From: Octopus sinensis
Taxonomy: Eukaryota
NCBI RefSeq assembly: GCF_006345805.1
Contig: NC_042999.1
Span: 107,074,001-107,138,000 of the forward strand
Direction: 5' to 3'
Length of the DNA: 64,000 nt
In this document: positions 13,508-25,782 of the stretch, piece by piece
How positions within the stretch are numbered: position 1 is the stretch's first letter
How the letters are laid out: each line of letters begins with the position of its first letter
The notes under the pieces: generated by a model
What the model was told of the DNA's origin: nothing
What the model saw: the letters and a program-made list of their open reading frames with translations, nothing else
The model's database searches: none
Made by a program: the position numbers and the translations under genes

Positions 13508-13515
<8 letters not shown>
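12721..13515. repeat. Nested inverted-repeat element (X-M-Y / X'-s-Y')
   Basis: 12721-12890 vs 13251-13420 is inverted with 1 mismatch in 170 bp; 13175-13252 vs 13445-13515 is inverted with one small indel; a piece of Y recurs at 23245-23287. Confidence 0.9.
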
Positions 13516-13543
<28 letters not shown>

Positions 13544-13548
13544 TATAC

Positions 13549-13650
13549 TCAAAATAAGCAACAAGAATAACTTTGGTGCATCAAGCAAATTCTGACACGA
13601 ATAACCAAAACAACAAGAATAACCAAAGTTATTCTTGTTGCTTATTTTGA
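13549..13650. repeat. Perfect 29-bp inverted repeat with 44-bp spacer
   Basis: TCAAAATAAGCAACAAGAATAACTTTGGT (13549-13577) and its rc (13622-13650). Confidence 0.9.
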
Positions 13651-13764
13651 TTATAACCACCCCATGGATTTATATGGATAACACCATTCAAAATTCTGGT
13701 GCATCTAACTTAAGTACCATATTTAATTGAATCTAAATTTTGTTGAACTTATATAAAAATATAA

Positions 13765-13797
<33 letters not shown>

Positions 13798-13847
13798 TAT
13801 ATGCTCATATATGAAACGCACACATATACACTATATATTTGTATATA

Positions 13848-13894
<47 letters not shown>

Positions 13895-14587
13895 AACATA
13901 TAGACACACACACATATATACTATATATTTAAATACATATATGCACATACATACAGATACATACAGATACTCACACACAAACACATCTATATACATACAT
14001 AGACATACATGTATAAATATATATGTATACCTGATAATACCTGTTGGAGGCTTCAGCTTTCCAAATCATTACTCCAATTTCTAATTGGTTCTTTTTGGAC
14101 AATTACAAGTAACTCGAAGTGTTGGCTTTGAAATTATATACAACATTTTTGCAAAAAACACATAAATTCTGATTGGTTGGAAAATCATAAGAAAATTTAG
14201 CATTCAAAATGAGAATACTGTAACTATTGTTGAAAAGTAACTAGGAACACAGCATGAGCAAAAACATTTAGGAAATGTGAAAAATTATTTTGACTTATAT
14301 AAAAATATAAAAATTAAATGCTTAAAACATACATAAATTGTTTTCTGTTTTCCCTACTTAACATATGCATTGGAACATTGAAAGTTTTAATGTAAATTAT
14401 TCATAAGAGAATATTAAGTCAAAATTTTTTCATTGCGTAAACCTTTGGAAGTAAAAAAAAAAAAATTTTATTCAGTACTAATTTAAAAATTCTTTTGCAA
14501 CAAATTAATACAGTTTAGGCAAGAACTCACTTAACTAGATTTCTCATGTAAAATAATAAAATCCTGTTTAAATATTTTGCTTTTCAG

Positions 14588-14633
14588 TGATATATAGAGA
14601 TTGCACTGGGTGTTTCCATGTATATGTGGAAAG
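14588..14633 (+). CDS. Candidate 46-nt coding exon B of an unidentified gene
   Basis: aatattttgcttttcag|TGATATATAG...GTGGAAAG|gtattt; phase 1 to 2, (V)IYRDCTGCFHVYVE(S). Confidence 0.45.
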
Positions 14634-14647
14634 GTATTTTTTATAAT

Positions 14648-14896
14648 CATCATCATCGTTTAACGTCCGTTTTCCCTGCTGGCATAGGTTAGGCAGTTTG
14701 ACTGAAGATGGCAAGCCAGAAAGCTGCACCAGGCTCCAGTCTGATCTGGCAAGGTTTCTACAGCTGGATACCCTTCCTCACACCAACCACTCCGAGAGTG
14801 TAGTGGCTGCTTTTTACAGGCCACCGACACAAGGACCAATAAGGAAGTACTGGCATGAACTACATTTAAATGGTGCTATTTACATGCCACCAGCAC
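14648..14896 (-). mobile_element. RTE 3' UTR / tail piece
   Basis: (CAT)n GTTTAACGTCCG...CTGGATACCCTTCCTCACACCAACCACTCCGAGAG. Confidence 0.85.
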
Positions 14897-16350
14897 CTTT
14901 GTAGCAGTTGGCTATGGTGCTGCTACACCAGCCATTGGGTATAACTCCTTCACCTATCACCTGATTGACTATACAGGTGACTAGACTATAGCCTACACTG
15001 ACAGATATTTTAAGCATCTCTGTGGTGATTCCTGATGGGCTAGGGGCTTTCCCTGTCTTCATACCCTTAATTGCTTTATCTACCAAGATACTGTCAATTC
15101 GGATAGCTGGTCCCTCTGTTGGGTTGACATTTGGCAGAATCTCTTTCTCCCATTCATTCTTTTCATTTACCAACCTTTCATAGTGGCATTTCCAAGTCTT
15201 TGTCTTTACAGCCTCATTAAATGCAAGTGAGCCATCATACATGTAGACACATTTCCCTGCTATGACATCACGGTTCTCTCTCACATACTGTCTTGCAACA
15301 TGAAGCACTTCAAGTCTTTGATCATCATGCCACAGAACATGGGCAATTTTTTTCTTTTCCCCTCTGGCTAAGCTTCCATTCTGATACAATTCCCTGCAAC
15401 CACCATTCTTCCAATCCTTCTATGGCTGTTTCTTTTCCCTAATGGACTTGTCGACTACATTGTTCCATAACCACGTTACCTTAGGTCAAGAAGGGACTTT
15501 GCACCATTCACAGATCTGGTTAGTAGCCCTCAACAGGTCATCCTGTAGGAACTTCCAGTTGTCTTCCACATTATGTGATGCTTTATCCTCCTCTACTTTT
15601 TCAAAAGCTTCAAATAACACATCTTTAAATCTCTGTCCATTCACAGGATCCTTAAGCTTCTAGACCCTTCTTTTCCATGCTGGTCATCTTCTGGACATCC
15701 ATTTCGCCCTGATCCTGAAGTCACTAACTACTAATCTGTGGGCTGCATTCTTCACTTGGGAAGGTTTTGGCATTTATAAGTAGCCATATTTCTCGTTTCC
15801 TGGCGAGGATGTAGTCAATCTGACTAGTGTGTCCATCAGACTAGTAGGTGAACAGGTGACTGGCAGGTTTCCTGAAGTTAGTATTACAGACTATAAGATC
15901 ATTTGTATTACAGAACTCCAGTAGTCTGGTTCCCTGCTCATTGCAGGAACCAAATCCATAGCCACCATATACACCATGGAAGGTATTGCCAGCCACAAAG
16001 AGAAGGTCTCTGTCACCTGTTGATGAGGTAGTCTGCAATAGGGTGTCATAAAAGTAGTCTTTCTCTTCATCAGGTAACACTGGCTGAGGGGCATAAGCTG
16101 AGATAATGGTTGCTAATCCATGTTGCAGCACTAATCTAAGCTTAGGTATTCTATCAGAGACTCTGACTGCCTCGATTACCTTATCAACCCATCTCTCCAC
16201 AAGAAGTATACCCATGCCCCCAAACTTATGTGTTACCTACCCAGAAAATCTTATACCTATGTTCTTTGCCTCTGATGAACTTATCAGAACTTCCTCTCCA
16301 CCTTACCTTTTGAATGCAGCACAAATCTACACATCTCCATTCAAGCATCC
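14895..16350 (-). mobile_element. RTE LINE fragment: APE endonuclease plus linker, broken, RT absent
   Basis: GILLVERWVDKV...IISAYAPQ...GSCNEQGTRLLEFC...NTNFRKPASHLFTY; linker ...MKTGKAPSPSGITTEMLK...WCSSTIANCYKG; several stops and frameshifts. Confidence 0.9.
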
Positions 16351-16454
16351 ATATCTGTGGTATAGTTTATGTAGAGAGCAGTGATATATGTATCGTTCAA
16401 AGAAAAGCACAACACAGCCTTATCGAAATATATCTGGTATTTAAAAGGCATATA

Positions 16455-16690
16455 CAAGGTGGTATTAAAATGTTCCTGGACTAGTCATGTTTAATAAAAA
16501 ATAACTTTTTTACCTAAGTTTTAACATCATCTTCTTTGAAATAGTCACCATGTACAGCAATACACTAGTTCCAGCATTTTTACCACTTTTGAAATCTGGC
16601 ATGGAAGTCATTTTCCATGAGTTGAGGACCTTTTGCAATTCACTCTTCATCTCAACAACAGTGTTAAAATGGTGATCTTTGAGCTGCATT
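16455..16690 (-). mobile_element. Mariner 3'-end remnant
   Basis: TIR-like TA|CAAGGTGGTATTAAAATGTTCCTGGACT; rc encodes FQKW*KCWN*CIAVHGDYFKEDD. Confidence 0.6.
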
Positions 16691-17004
16691 TTCAAACAAC
16701 TTTTCAAACACATTTTCAAGCAACTTTTCAAACACGTTTATTAATGGAAGTATTTCTATGCAATCTTTGTAGCATTGAAAAAAGTTGAATATTTTTACAA
16801 GATATTGAAATTTTAAACACAAAATCCAATTAAGAGAGTTAGGGAAGATGCTCTGTCAAAGTTTGGCTTGATTTCTCTACTGATTAATACCTCTTTCTTC
16901 TAGTGATGTATATAACTGTATATAATTTTGGCTCATATAATCATATGAGTCATCTTCTCTCACCTCTGTCAATGTTTCAGTGAACAATTCCTTTTATACA
17001 ATCT

Positions 17005-17418
17005 ATTCTTTTACTTGTTTCAGTCATTTGACTGTGGCCATGCAGGAGCACCACCATTAGTCGAGCAAATTGACCCCAGGACTTATTCTTTGTAAGCCTA
17101 GTACTTATTCTTTCGGTATCTTTTACTGAACTGCTAAGTTACGGGGTAAACACACCCGCATCAGTTGTCAAGCAATGGTAGTGGCTACAGACAAACATAC
17201 ACAGATACACAGACACACAAACACATGCACAAACACACACACACACACATACATACATATATGATGGGCTTCTTTCAATTTCTGTCTACCAAATCCACTC
17301 ACAAAGCTTTGGTCGGCCCAAGGCTATAGTAGAAGATACTTGCCTAAGCTGAGATGCAGTGGGACTGGACCCGCAGCCATGTGGTTGGTAAGCAAGCTAC
17401 TTACCACACAGCCACTCC
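17005..17418 (-). mobile_element. tRNA-headed SINE, family B, full length
   Basis: rc head AGGAGTGGCTGTGTGGTAAGTAGCTTGC...GGGTCCAGTCCCACTGC; internal CA microsatellite; tail ..GACTGAAACAAGTAAAAAGAATAGA. Confidence 0.85.
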
Positions 17419-17419
17419 T

Positions 17420-17546
17420 TGAACCACTAAGAAATGGGGTAAATACATCAGCATTGGTTGTCAAGCAATGGTGGGGGGACAAACACAGACACACAAGCAT
17501 GCACACATACACACACACACGTACACACACACACACACACTCACAC

Positions 17547-17590
<44 letters not shown>

Positions 17591-17742
17591 GGCTTCTTTC
17601 AGTTTACAACTACCAAATCCACTCACAAGGCTTTGGTTAGGCCCGAGGCTACAGTAGAAGACACTTGCCCAAGGTGCCACACAGTGTGACTGAACCCGGA
17701 ACCATGTGGTTGGTAAGCAAGCTACTTACAACACAGCCACTC
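17420..17742 (-). mobile_element. Second family B SINE in head-to-tail tandem, 3'-truncated
   Basis: Repeats 17130-17418 almost colinearly. Confidence 0.85.
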
Positions 17743-18139
17743 TGGCACCTATGTGCATAAAAAATAGATTATCTTATGTAAGTTTCAATTTTAGATTTCA
17801 TATACATCAATAATCATTTAACTGTACCCAAATTTTTGTGTATCCTGCCGTCATATCAATATTCAACAATATTCATTCAATAACCATGTTTTGAATGTTA
17901 ATCTTTTTTTTTCAATTATAATTTGTCAACCAATCAGAATCTATGTTTTTTTTGTTTTTTTTCGCGGTTCCAGTCTCCAATAATTGTCTCAAAGATTGAT
18001 TGATTAAGGGCTATTGAGAGTTACTTTTTGCGAAGATTCTGCTTTAAATTAATAATTTACCAATTTACTTTTTTGTTGTCTTTTCTTTCTCCCACTTCTA
18101 ACCTAATTCTTTTATTTATATCTCTCTCAATATATATAT

Positions 18140-18621
18140 ATTTACAACCTACCTACCTACCTACTTGTCTACCTTCTTATTTTCCTGACTATCTATTTAA
18201 CTACCTACCAAACCACTTACCTACACACCTACCTACCTATCTCTCTGCCTATCTGCTTGACTTCCAGCCCACCCACCTACCTATGTACCTATTTATTTAT
18301 TTATTTATCTATCTATCAATCTATCTATCTATCTATCTATCTATCTTTTTTTTTCTCCTCTTCCCCTTTTTTTCCCCTTTTTCTTCTTTTTTCATTTCTC
18401 TTTTCTTTTGTTCCTTTCCCTTTCTTTTTTTTTCTTTTATTCTTTTTATCTTTTATTCTATTTTTTTTCTTCTTTTTTTCTTTTTTTGTTCTTTTCTTCC
18501 CTTTTACGATCCCTCTTGATCAAAAACCTACGCCACCCCCTTTTTTTCATCCCCCAAAAGAAAAGCTCTACCTTGTAACTTGTCCCATCTGTGCGCAGCC
18601 CTGTGTGGCCAATAAAGAAAC

Positions 18622-18652
<31 letters not shown>

Positions 18653-18700
18653 CCTATGTACCTATTTATTTATTTATTTATCTATCTATCTATCCAGCTA
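18140..18700 (+). repeat. Tetranucleotide/pyrimidine low-complexity tract containing a probable retroposon 3' end
   Basis: (CCTA)n/(TATC)n; GCAGCCCTGTGTGGCCAATAAAGAAA followed by (TATC)n; duplicated TACCTATGTACCTATTTATTTATTTATTTATCTATC flanks. Confidence 0.5.
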
Positions 18701-18967
18701 ACAGTCTCCTTCCCCTCCTCCATCACTCTATGCCATCATGGAATTACAGACAACAGGACAATTTATGTTAGATTAAGCATGCATCAACTTCCGTGTCATT
18801 ATGTGACACCATGCATTTATTAAAGTGAGAATTTTCTACACTAGATAAACATAATAAACAACTAAGCTAACTAAAACATCATTAAAAAGTAAATACATTC
18901 TTAATAAAATGAAAAACGCTAAAACATTAACATTATAGCTGAGGTAATACCCAAAATAAACTTACAA

Positions 18968-19110
18968 GGCAGAAACGTTAGCACACCAGGCAATGCTTAG
19001 CGGTATTTTGTTTGCCGTTACGTTCTGAGTTCAAATTCCGCCAAGGTCGACTTAGCCTTTTATCCTTTCGGGGTCGATAAATTAAGTACCAGTTATGCAC
19101 TGGGGTCAGA
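18968..19110 (+). mobile_element. SINE family A, truncated
   Basis: GGCAGAAACGTTAGCAC...GAGTTCAAATTCCGCCAAGGTCGACTTAGCCTTTTATCCTTTCGGGGTCGATAAATTAAGTACCAG. Confidence 0.85.
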
Positions 19111-19134
19111 TGTGTAAAGACATGACAATCATTT

Positions 19135-19270
19135 AAAATAGATAAAGCATGTAGACAAGCAAGATTCGGGAAGATATGGAATGAAGTGATGAAGTCTGAT
19201 CTCCAAGCATTGAACCTCACAGAGGAAGTGACAAAGGATCAGGATGACAAGTAATACATGATTCTTGTGA
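19135..19270 (+). mobile_element. RTE ORF C-terminal scrap
   Basis: GKIWNEVMKSDLQALNLTEEVTKDQDD, homologous to the C-terminus at 4671-4760. Confidence 0.65.
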
Positions 19271-19271
19271 A

Positions 19272-20073
19272 AATAATAATAATAATAATAAAACATTGTG
19301 TACAGTGCTCAGGTGTACTACAACTCATCTAAAGTGTATGTATAGTACATAGGGTAATGTACAAGCATCAGGAAAAGAACAGTGCATGAGTCATGACATA
19401 CACATATGTGTATGAGTATGGAAGGGGGACAATCAGGTGTAGTTTCGGCGGATTTTGGAAAGCATGAGGGCCTTAAAGGATGCAGTGTCATGGCAGTCAA
19501 CAACTGACGCAGGCAGTTTGTTCCATGCTTCAGCAACTCTGAGCGTGAAAAAATGTTTCTGAAAGTCATTGGAGCTGTGCTGTTTTCTGACTTTGTAGGC
19601 ATGTCCACGTGTGTTGGACACATGGAGATCAAAAAGGTGTTCAGTGTTGTTGTTGGTGAGGTGGTTGATAACTTTGTGGGTGTTTACCAAGTCCATCGCC
19701 AGACGCCGGAGCTTCAGTGAATCCATGCCCAGGGAAACAAGTCGCTCAGAGTATGGTAGGTGTCTGATGGAGGGTGTGCGTTTGGTTACACGTCTCTGAA
19801 CGGATCCCAGGAGGTCAATGTTCTGAGCAAGATAGGGGTTCCAAACTGATGATGCGAATTCCAAGTGTGGTCATACCATAGCTGTATACAGCTTTAAATA
19901 GATGGCTGGGGAGCGGCTAGCAAAAGTCTTGCTGAGTGATGCCAAGACACCCTCGGGCTTCTTGACAATTTTAGAGATATGCTTTGTCCAACGCAAATCA
20001 CTGCTGACAGTGATGCCTAGGTCACGCTCACAAGAGGATTTCTTGATATCAGTGTTGTGGAGGGAGTATGTGA
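19272..20073 (-). mobile_element. CR1-group LINE, 5'-truncated 3' fragment
   Basis: SCERDLGITVSSDLRWTKHI...LYTAMV / EFASSVWNPY...VQRRVTK...YSERL...TRGHAYK...FFTLRVAEAWNKLP; (ATT)n tail at 19272-19292. Confidence 0.9.
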
Positions 20074-20420
20074 CTGGTGTAGCTACATTATAGTCAGCTG
20101 CTAAAAAGATAAGGGAGATGCTTTGGACAGAAGTAATTATAGAGCCATCAAATTGCTGGACCAGGTCATGAAAGTTATGGAAATAGTTATAACCCAATTA
20201 ATTAGGAACAGAATCAGATTGTACTTGGCACTTGTTGAGTTGGAGAAAGCTTTTGACAAAGTATTCCACTACATGATGTGGTGGGCTCTAAGAAAGTTAG
20301 GGATACAGAGGTTCTGTCAGTACAGAGGTTCTGTCAGTAAGGTGAGAGTTAATCATGAATATAGTAATGAATTTAGTGTACATGCAGGTGTTCATCAGTG
20401 TTCAGTTCTCAGTCCCCTCC
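20074..20420 (+). mobile_element. RTE reverse transcriptase fragment, internally deleted
   Basis: KGDALDRSNYRAIKLLDQVMKV...ELEKAFDKV...GVHQCSVLSPLL; 17-bp tandem duplication TACAGAGGTTCTGTCAG. Confidence 0.85.
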
Positions 20421-20444
20421 TATATATATATATATATATATATA

Positions 20445-21230
20445 TATGGACAAATGGGTCGATTTTCTTCTTAAGACAGCCCCAACACCCATCATCTTTC
20501 TAATTCAAATAATTTTTTGACGTAATTAAAAATGAGTAGAACTGCATATTTCTCCAGCTTTTCAATGCTACAACTTATCCTTCTTTCTACCCAGAACCAT
20601 TTCACTTGCTATCTACCCTTCATTCTTAATTCTGTCCTCTCCACCCACATTTTAGATTGCTTATCCTGAACCACTTGTCGTTTTGGTCTCTCTCTCTCTC
20701 TCTCTCTCTCATTTTTCTCAACTTTACCCTCTTTGTTGTATCATTATTAATAATCTGTCACTCCTCACACTCATGCCAGTCGTTTCCAACTCTACCCATC
20801 TCATATGCATCATCAGTCATCTCCATCCCTTTTATACTATTCACTACATCCAGCTCTCAACCTAATTCTCGCAGTTGCTTCTTACTCTTCTCTACTTTCC
20901 CTACTTATCATCTTTCAATCCTTCAACATGCTCCTCATTCATTATATATGCAACCCATCATCCATTCCCCATCTTTAACCATTTCTCATTCTCCCATACA
21001 CACTTGTAACTTCTCTCTATTCACACTCCCTCTCCCCTTGTCTCCACTCCTATTCACCTCACATCTTGAGAGTCAACCCTGATACCTCATCACCACTATT
21101 TTATCTTTCTGCGACCCCAGTCTACTAAGACCCACTGTTTCTTCTGTAATGTAAGTAACTAAGTAGCCACACTTCGGCAAGAAACCTGTTCTGTTCAGAC
21201 CCCTACTCTCACAATTTAATCCCACATCTT
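20445..21230 (+). repeat. Unclassified pyrimidine-rich dispersed repeat, possibly a PLE 3' end
   Basis: CCAGAACCA.TT..CTT..TATC.A...TTCAT segment is shared with the rc of about 49400-49985. Confidence 0.25.
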
Positions 21231-21274
21231 ACTTAAAGTGGCCTCCCTTTCTACTGTAGTTCCACCCAGTCAAA

Positions 21275-21487
21275 ATGGAGGTGTGTAGCTTAGTAGTTAG
21301 GGTGTTGGACTCATGATCATAAGATTGTGGGTTCGATTCTTGGACTAGGCAACACTTCATTTCACATTGCTTCAGTCCACTCAACTGGCAAGAAAGAATA
21401 ATCCTGCGATGGACCGACGTCCCATCCAGGTGGGGAAATATATACACCAGGAAGCTGGGAAACCAGCCCTTATGAATCAGCATGACC
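21275..21487 (+). mobile_element. tRNA-headed SINE with CCTGCGATGGAC.GACGTCCCATCCAGG core
   Basis: GTAGCTTAGTAGTTAGGGTGTTGGACTCATG...GGTTCGATTC boxes; tail shared with 10383-10480. Confidence 0.8.
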
Positions 21488-22280
21488 CAAGAAGGTAACT
21501 TTAGTTTTACTCAGCCAAAAGGGATCTTAGTCTTGTTGTCACCATGAAAAGAGTACTCAATACATGATGTAAAGTAGCTGGCTTTAGAACAGGGCGTCCA
21601 GCAGTCAAAATCATACTAAAACAGACACTGAGCTATGATACAATTTTCCAGCCCACTGAATTCTGTCAGAACATCCAACCCATGCTTGTATGGAACATTG
21701 ACATTACATGCAGATGATCACACATGCACACATGTATACACACACACACACACACACACATACATATACAAATATAAAAATACAAATATACATATGTATA
21801 TTTGTCTGTGCACGTTTGTGTGTGTGTTCATGCTTGTGTTTATGCTCACATTTGTCCAAAAACCAGTGTTGTTTATGTTATTTTCATTTAAGGTTTGTAA
21901 CCCAGTAGTTTGGCAAATGGATATTGATAAAATAAGTAACAGAGACAAATACCGAGGTTGTAATTGAGTAAACTCGTGAAAGTTATGCTTTAGTACAAAG
22001 CTGACTATGACGGATAAAACAAACTGAAAGGAAAGGACAATGAACTAAGAAAAAAAGTTTGGTTATGTAACTACACAGGACTGTTTGCATGTGTGTGTGT
22101 ACATGTTTAGATGCATATGAGTGTGTGTATATATGTGTGTGTATATGTGTGTGTTAGCACATTTAAATCAAAGCCAGTGATAATTAATTGTTCCACTAAG
22201 CTTTCCTATTTTATACAATAAGATTCACACACATTTATATAAACACTTATACACACACAAACACATGAACCCCATTATGG

Positions 22281-22349
<69 letters not shown>

Positions 22350-22474
22350 TATGGATATAGATATATATATATAAGCATACACACACACATATATTTCATA
22401 TATTATATATATATCATATTTATATATGTATGTATATGTATATATATATCTATTTATATATGTATATATATATA

Positions 22475-22524
<50 letters not shown>

Positions 22525-23032
22525 ATGTATCTATTTATACATATATATATATATAATGTTTCTTTTTATGTATAGTTATACTGAACAACATTCAAACATT
22601 AATTGAAGTATCAGTCAATACATTTAAGTAGCGTATCACATTTATATTTATACGAAAAAGGCTGACAGTGACTTTGAAGTTTTGCTGGTCATTGATTTCA
22701 TCATACTATAATTTGACTTATATTTTTTGTTTTTGATTTTTTTTTCCAAGCCTTTTAGATCACAAGATGAACCAAAACTACATAATAGTTTTGAAAAACC
22801 TAAACAACTTTAGAATTTGACATAGCCAGTGACTACCAAAACTTTGAAGTCACTGTCAACCATCTCCTTATAAACATGAATACATACACACATACATACT
22901 CTTACACACTTACATAGAGGAACATATATATATATATATATATACATATATATATGTGTGTGTGTGTGTGCGCATGTGTGTGTGCATGTGTTTGTGTGTA
23001 TGTATGTATATATTAATATATATAGGTTAATA

Positions 23033-23184
23033 GGGGCAGGCATGACAGTATGATTAAGAAGTTTGCTTGCCAACTTTTGTTTAATCCCACGCTATGGTAC
23101 CATATGCAAGAGTCTTCTATTCGTTGAGAAAACCAAGTCCTTCTTAGTGAATTTGGTAGAGGGTAAAAAAAGAAATTTGTTTAG

Positions 23185-23185
<1 letters not shown>
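23033..23185 (+). mobile_element. SINE family B, 5' part, decayed
   Basis: ..AAGTTTGCTTGCCAAC..GCAAGAGTCTTCTATT..GTGAATTTGGTAGA. Confidence 0.6.
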
Positions 23186-23216
<31 letters not shown>

Positions 23217-23344
23217 AATATGTATATATATATATATATATAATATCAACAATTGAGGGTAAAATTAATTAATCAATTTCACCAAGTGTTTTATATATAT
23301 ATATATGTATGTATGTATGTATGTATAGTACTGGACCTCACCTA

Positions 23345-23762
23345 AGCTGGACTTTGCTGGTGCTGGACCTCACTGGTGATGGTGGCACATAAAAATCATT
23401 CAGGGCACCTTGTAAAATGGTTAGCATTAGGAAGGGCATCAAGCTGTGAAAACCATGCCAAAACAAACCTCACTGGTGCTGGTGCCATGTAAAAAGCACC
23501 CAACCACCCTGTAAGAAGGTTGGTATTAGGAAGGGCACCCAGCCATAAAAACCACAGCATAACAGACCTCCTTGGTGCCAGTGCAAATTAAAAAGTATCA
23601 AGTCTACTCTGTAAGGTGGTTGGTGTAAGGAAGAGCATCCAGCTGTAAAAACCATGCCCAAACAGACTGTAAAACATGGTGCAGTCCTCTGGCATGCTAG
23701 CTCGTGTTAAACCGTCCAACCCATGCTGGCATGGAAAACAGATATCAAATGTTGATGATGAC
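23345..23762 (+). mobile_element. RTE-tail / Ceph-like element with triplicated core
   Basis: Three ~105-bp units with GGTT.G..TTAGGAAGGGCA.C.AGC..T.AAAACCA, then CCGTCCAACCCATGCTGGCATGGAAAA and GATGATGAC tail. Confidence 0.75.
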
Positions 23763-23889
23763 AATATATATATATATATGTATGTGTGTGTATGTATCTA
23801 TGCATGTATGTATGTATGTGTTTGTGTGTATGTGTGCATGTGTGTATGCGTATGTGTGTGTTATAGCCATTTTGTGATAGCTGTAAACT

Positions 23890-24115
23890 GAGTATCGCCA
23901 TCATACAAGCAGTGTCCTTCATTTCCGATCTTCAGTGAAAACATGTACAGTCAGGGAAAATTATTACCTAGCTTATAAACAGGTGAGGGCTGACAACAGG
24001 AAGGGCATCAACCATAGAAAATCTGCCTCAACAATTTCCGTCTGACTCCTGCAATCTTGGAAAAGTGAATGAAAGTGAAATCAATAATAAAACTAATGAT
24101 GATGATAATGATGAT
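23890..24115 (+). mobile_element. Related RTE-tailed SINE (GGTGAGGGCTG.CAACAGGAAGGGCATC core)
   Basis: Core and (GAT)n tail shared with 30005-30175 and 40385-40610. Confidence 0.6.
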
Positions 24116-24816
24116 ATACCTGTGGAAATGTAATTATTTGAGAACGAGAGAGAATTTCTAGAACTTTGGTGGATATAGATACCTAAAATGTCGAATTAAT
24201 TATTAGATCTTGAAACAATGGCTTTGACCAAACCACTTTTCTTAGATTTGTATTTTCTTACTTAGCATTGAAATCTAAATAGAGTCTCTTGAAATAAAAG
24301 AATAAAAGCCACCTGTAATCTTATTTACAAAATTGAGCTGTAAAAGATGTCTAAAATCTTTAATAGGAATAAAGTATAATGACAGAAGAAAAACTTGATG
24401 ATATAAGAAAGTTTTTAAATGTCAATTAACAATAGACCAATAATTTAATTCAATACTAATAAAACAGCCAGTAAACTTACAAGAGATAAATTATTATTAA
24501 TGCCACACTGATTTCATAGCTATTCTTAAGTAAAATATAAGGTGTAGACTATAAATTCTGATATATTTCAGATTAGATCAATGAAGAGGCTACTAGAGCC
24601 AGTAGTTGAATTGTTGTTAGATTAGAAAAATTCTCAGGAGAATGTACAGACGAAAATATTGATTTTATTTATCTTTTTCTTCTTTATGTTTTGCCAAGAC
24701 ATAAGGCTAGCACTTAAATGGCTGACACATACCTTACTGGTACTGATTTTATGGACCTTGAATGGATAAGAGGTAAAAAAGTGTTGATAGTAATTGAGCC
24801 CATATGCTAGAACTAT

Positions 24817-25020
24817 TGGTTTAACATTTTGGCACAAGGCCAGCAGTTTTGGAGGTTATGGAGGTTATACACCAACCTTATTTTATTGACCTCAAATATG
24901 ATGAAAGGTAAAAACCGACCTTGGCAAAATTTGAACTCAGAATATAAAGACAGACGAAATGCCACAAAGCATTTTGCCCAGCAGGCTAATGATTCTGCCA
25001 GTTTGCCACTTTACACCTTC
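24817..25020 (-). mobile_element. SINE family A
   Basis: TTTTGGCACAAGGCCAGC...GATGAAAGGTAAAAACCGACC..TTTGAACTCAGAA...GATTCTGCCAG. Confidence 0.8.
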
Positions 25021-25782
25021 AGGAAATATTAATATATAAGTAGCAATATCTGGTACTCTACTTTTAAACATAACTGTGCTACATTGTTTTACAGATAATT
25101 ATGCCTTTAGGCAAAAGAAAATATGATGCATTTTACAAAACATCAGTTGCATAACCCTTATTAAGATGTAGGGGTGTAATCTGAGAAGGACTTTGTTGAT
25201 ATTTCTAGCAGAGCAGCCAGCCATATAAGAGATTTACTGTTGTTGCTGTTTGGCACTAAGAAAACCCTAATGTTGTAGATCTCTGATGAAAGGCATTCCA
25301 CCCATGTCCATCTGGTAGGCATTTCAGACTAGATTATCTAATTAAATCAATGAAGAGGCTACTAGAGCCAGTAGTTGAATTGTTGTTAGATTAGAAAAAT
25401 TATCAGGGGAATATACAGAGAATGTCTTTCCTTCTATAAGATAGTTGAATGTAAATTGAGTGAGGATTTTCTGTTATTTTTAGTAGATCAAGCAAGCACA
25501 TAGAAGCTTAAAATGTTATTGCCAGTTTAGTCCCAAGTCAGATCTGGCAGACTGGAACAATAGTGAAAAGTATTCCAATTATAACCTTCTCACATATTTT
25601 TTACTCTTTATTCAGTCTTACTGTATCTAAGATATTATACAATAGTTTCTTGTGTGTTTTTTTTTATGATAATAGAGTTTATTTCTTAGAAATTCTTTCA
25701 AGTCAGGTGATCATGTAAAGGTTTTTTTATTGGCTTCTTTACTGTGGAACCTAACCTTTGAATAATGTGTGGAAAAATATTG

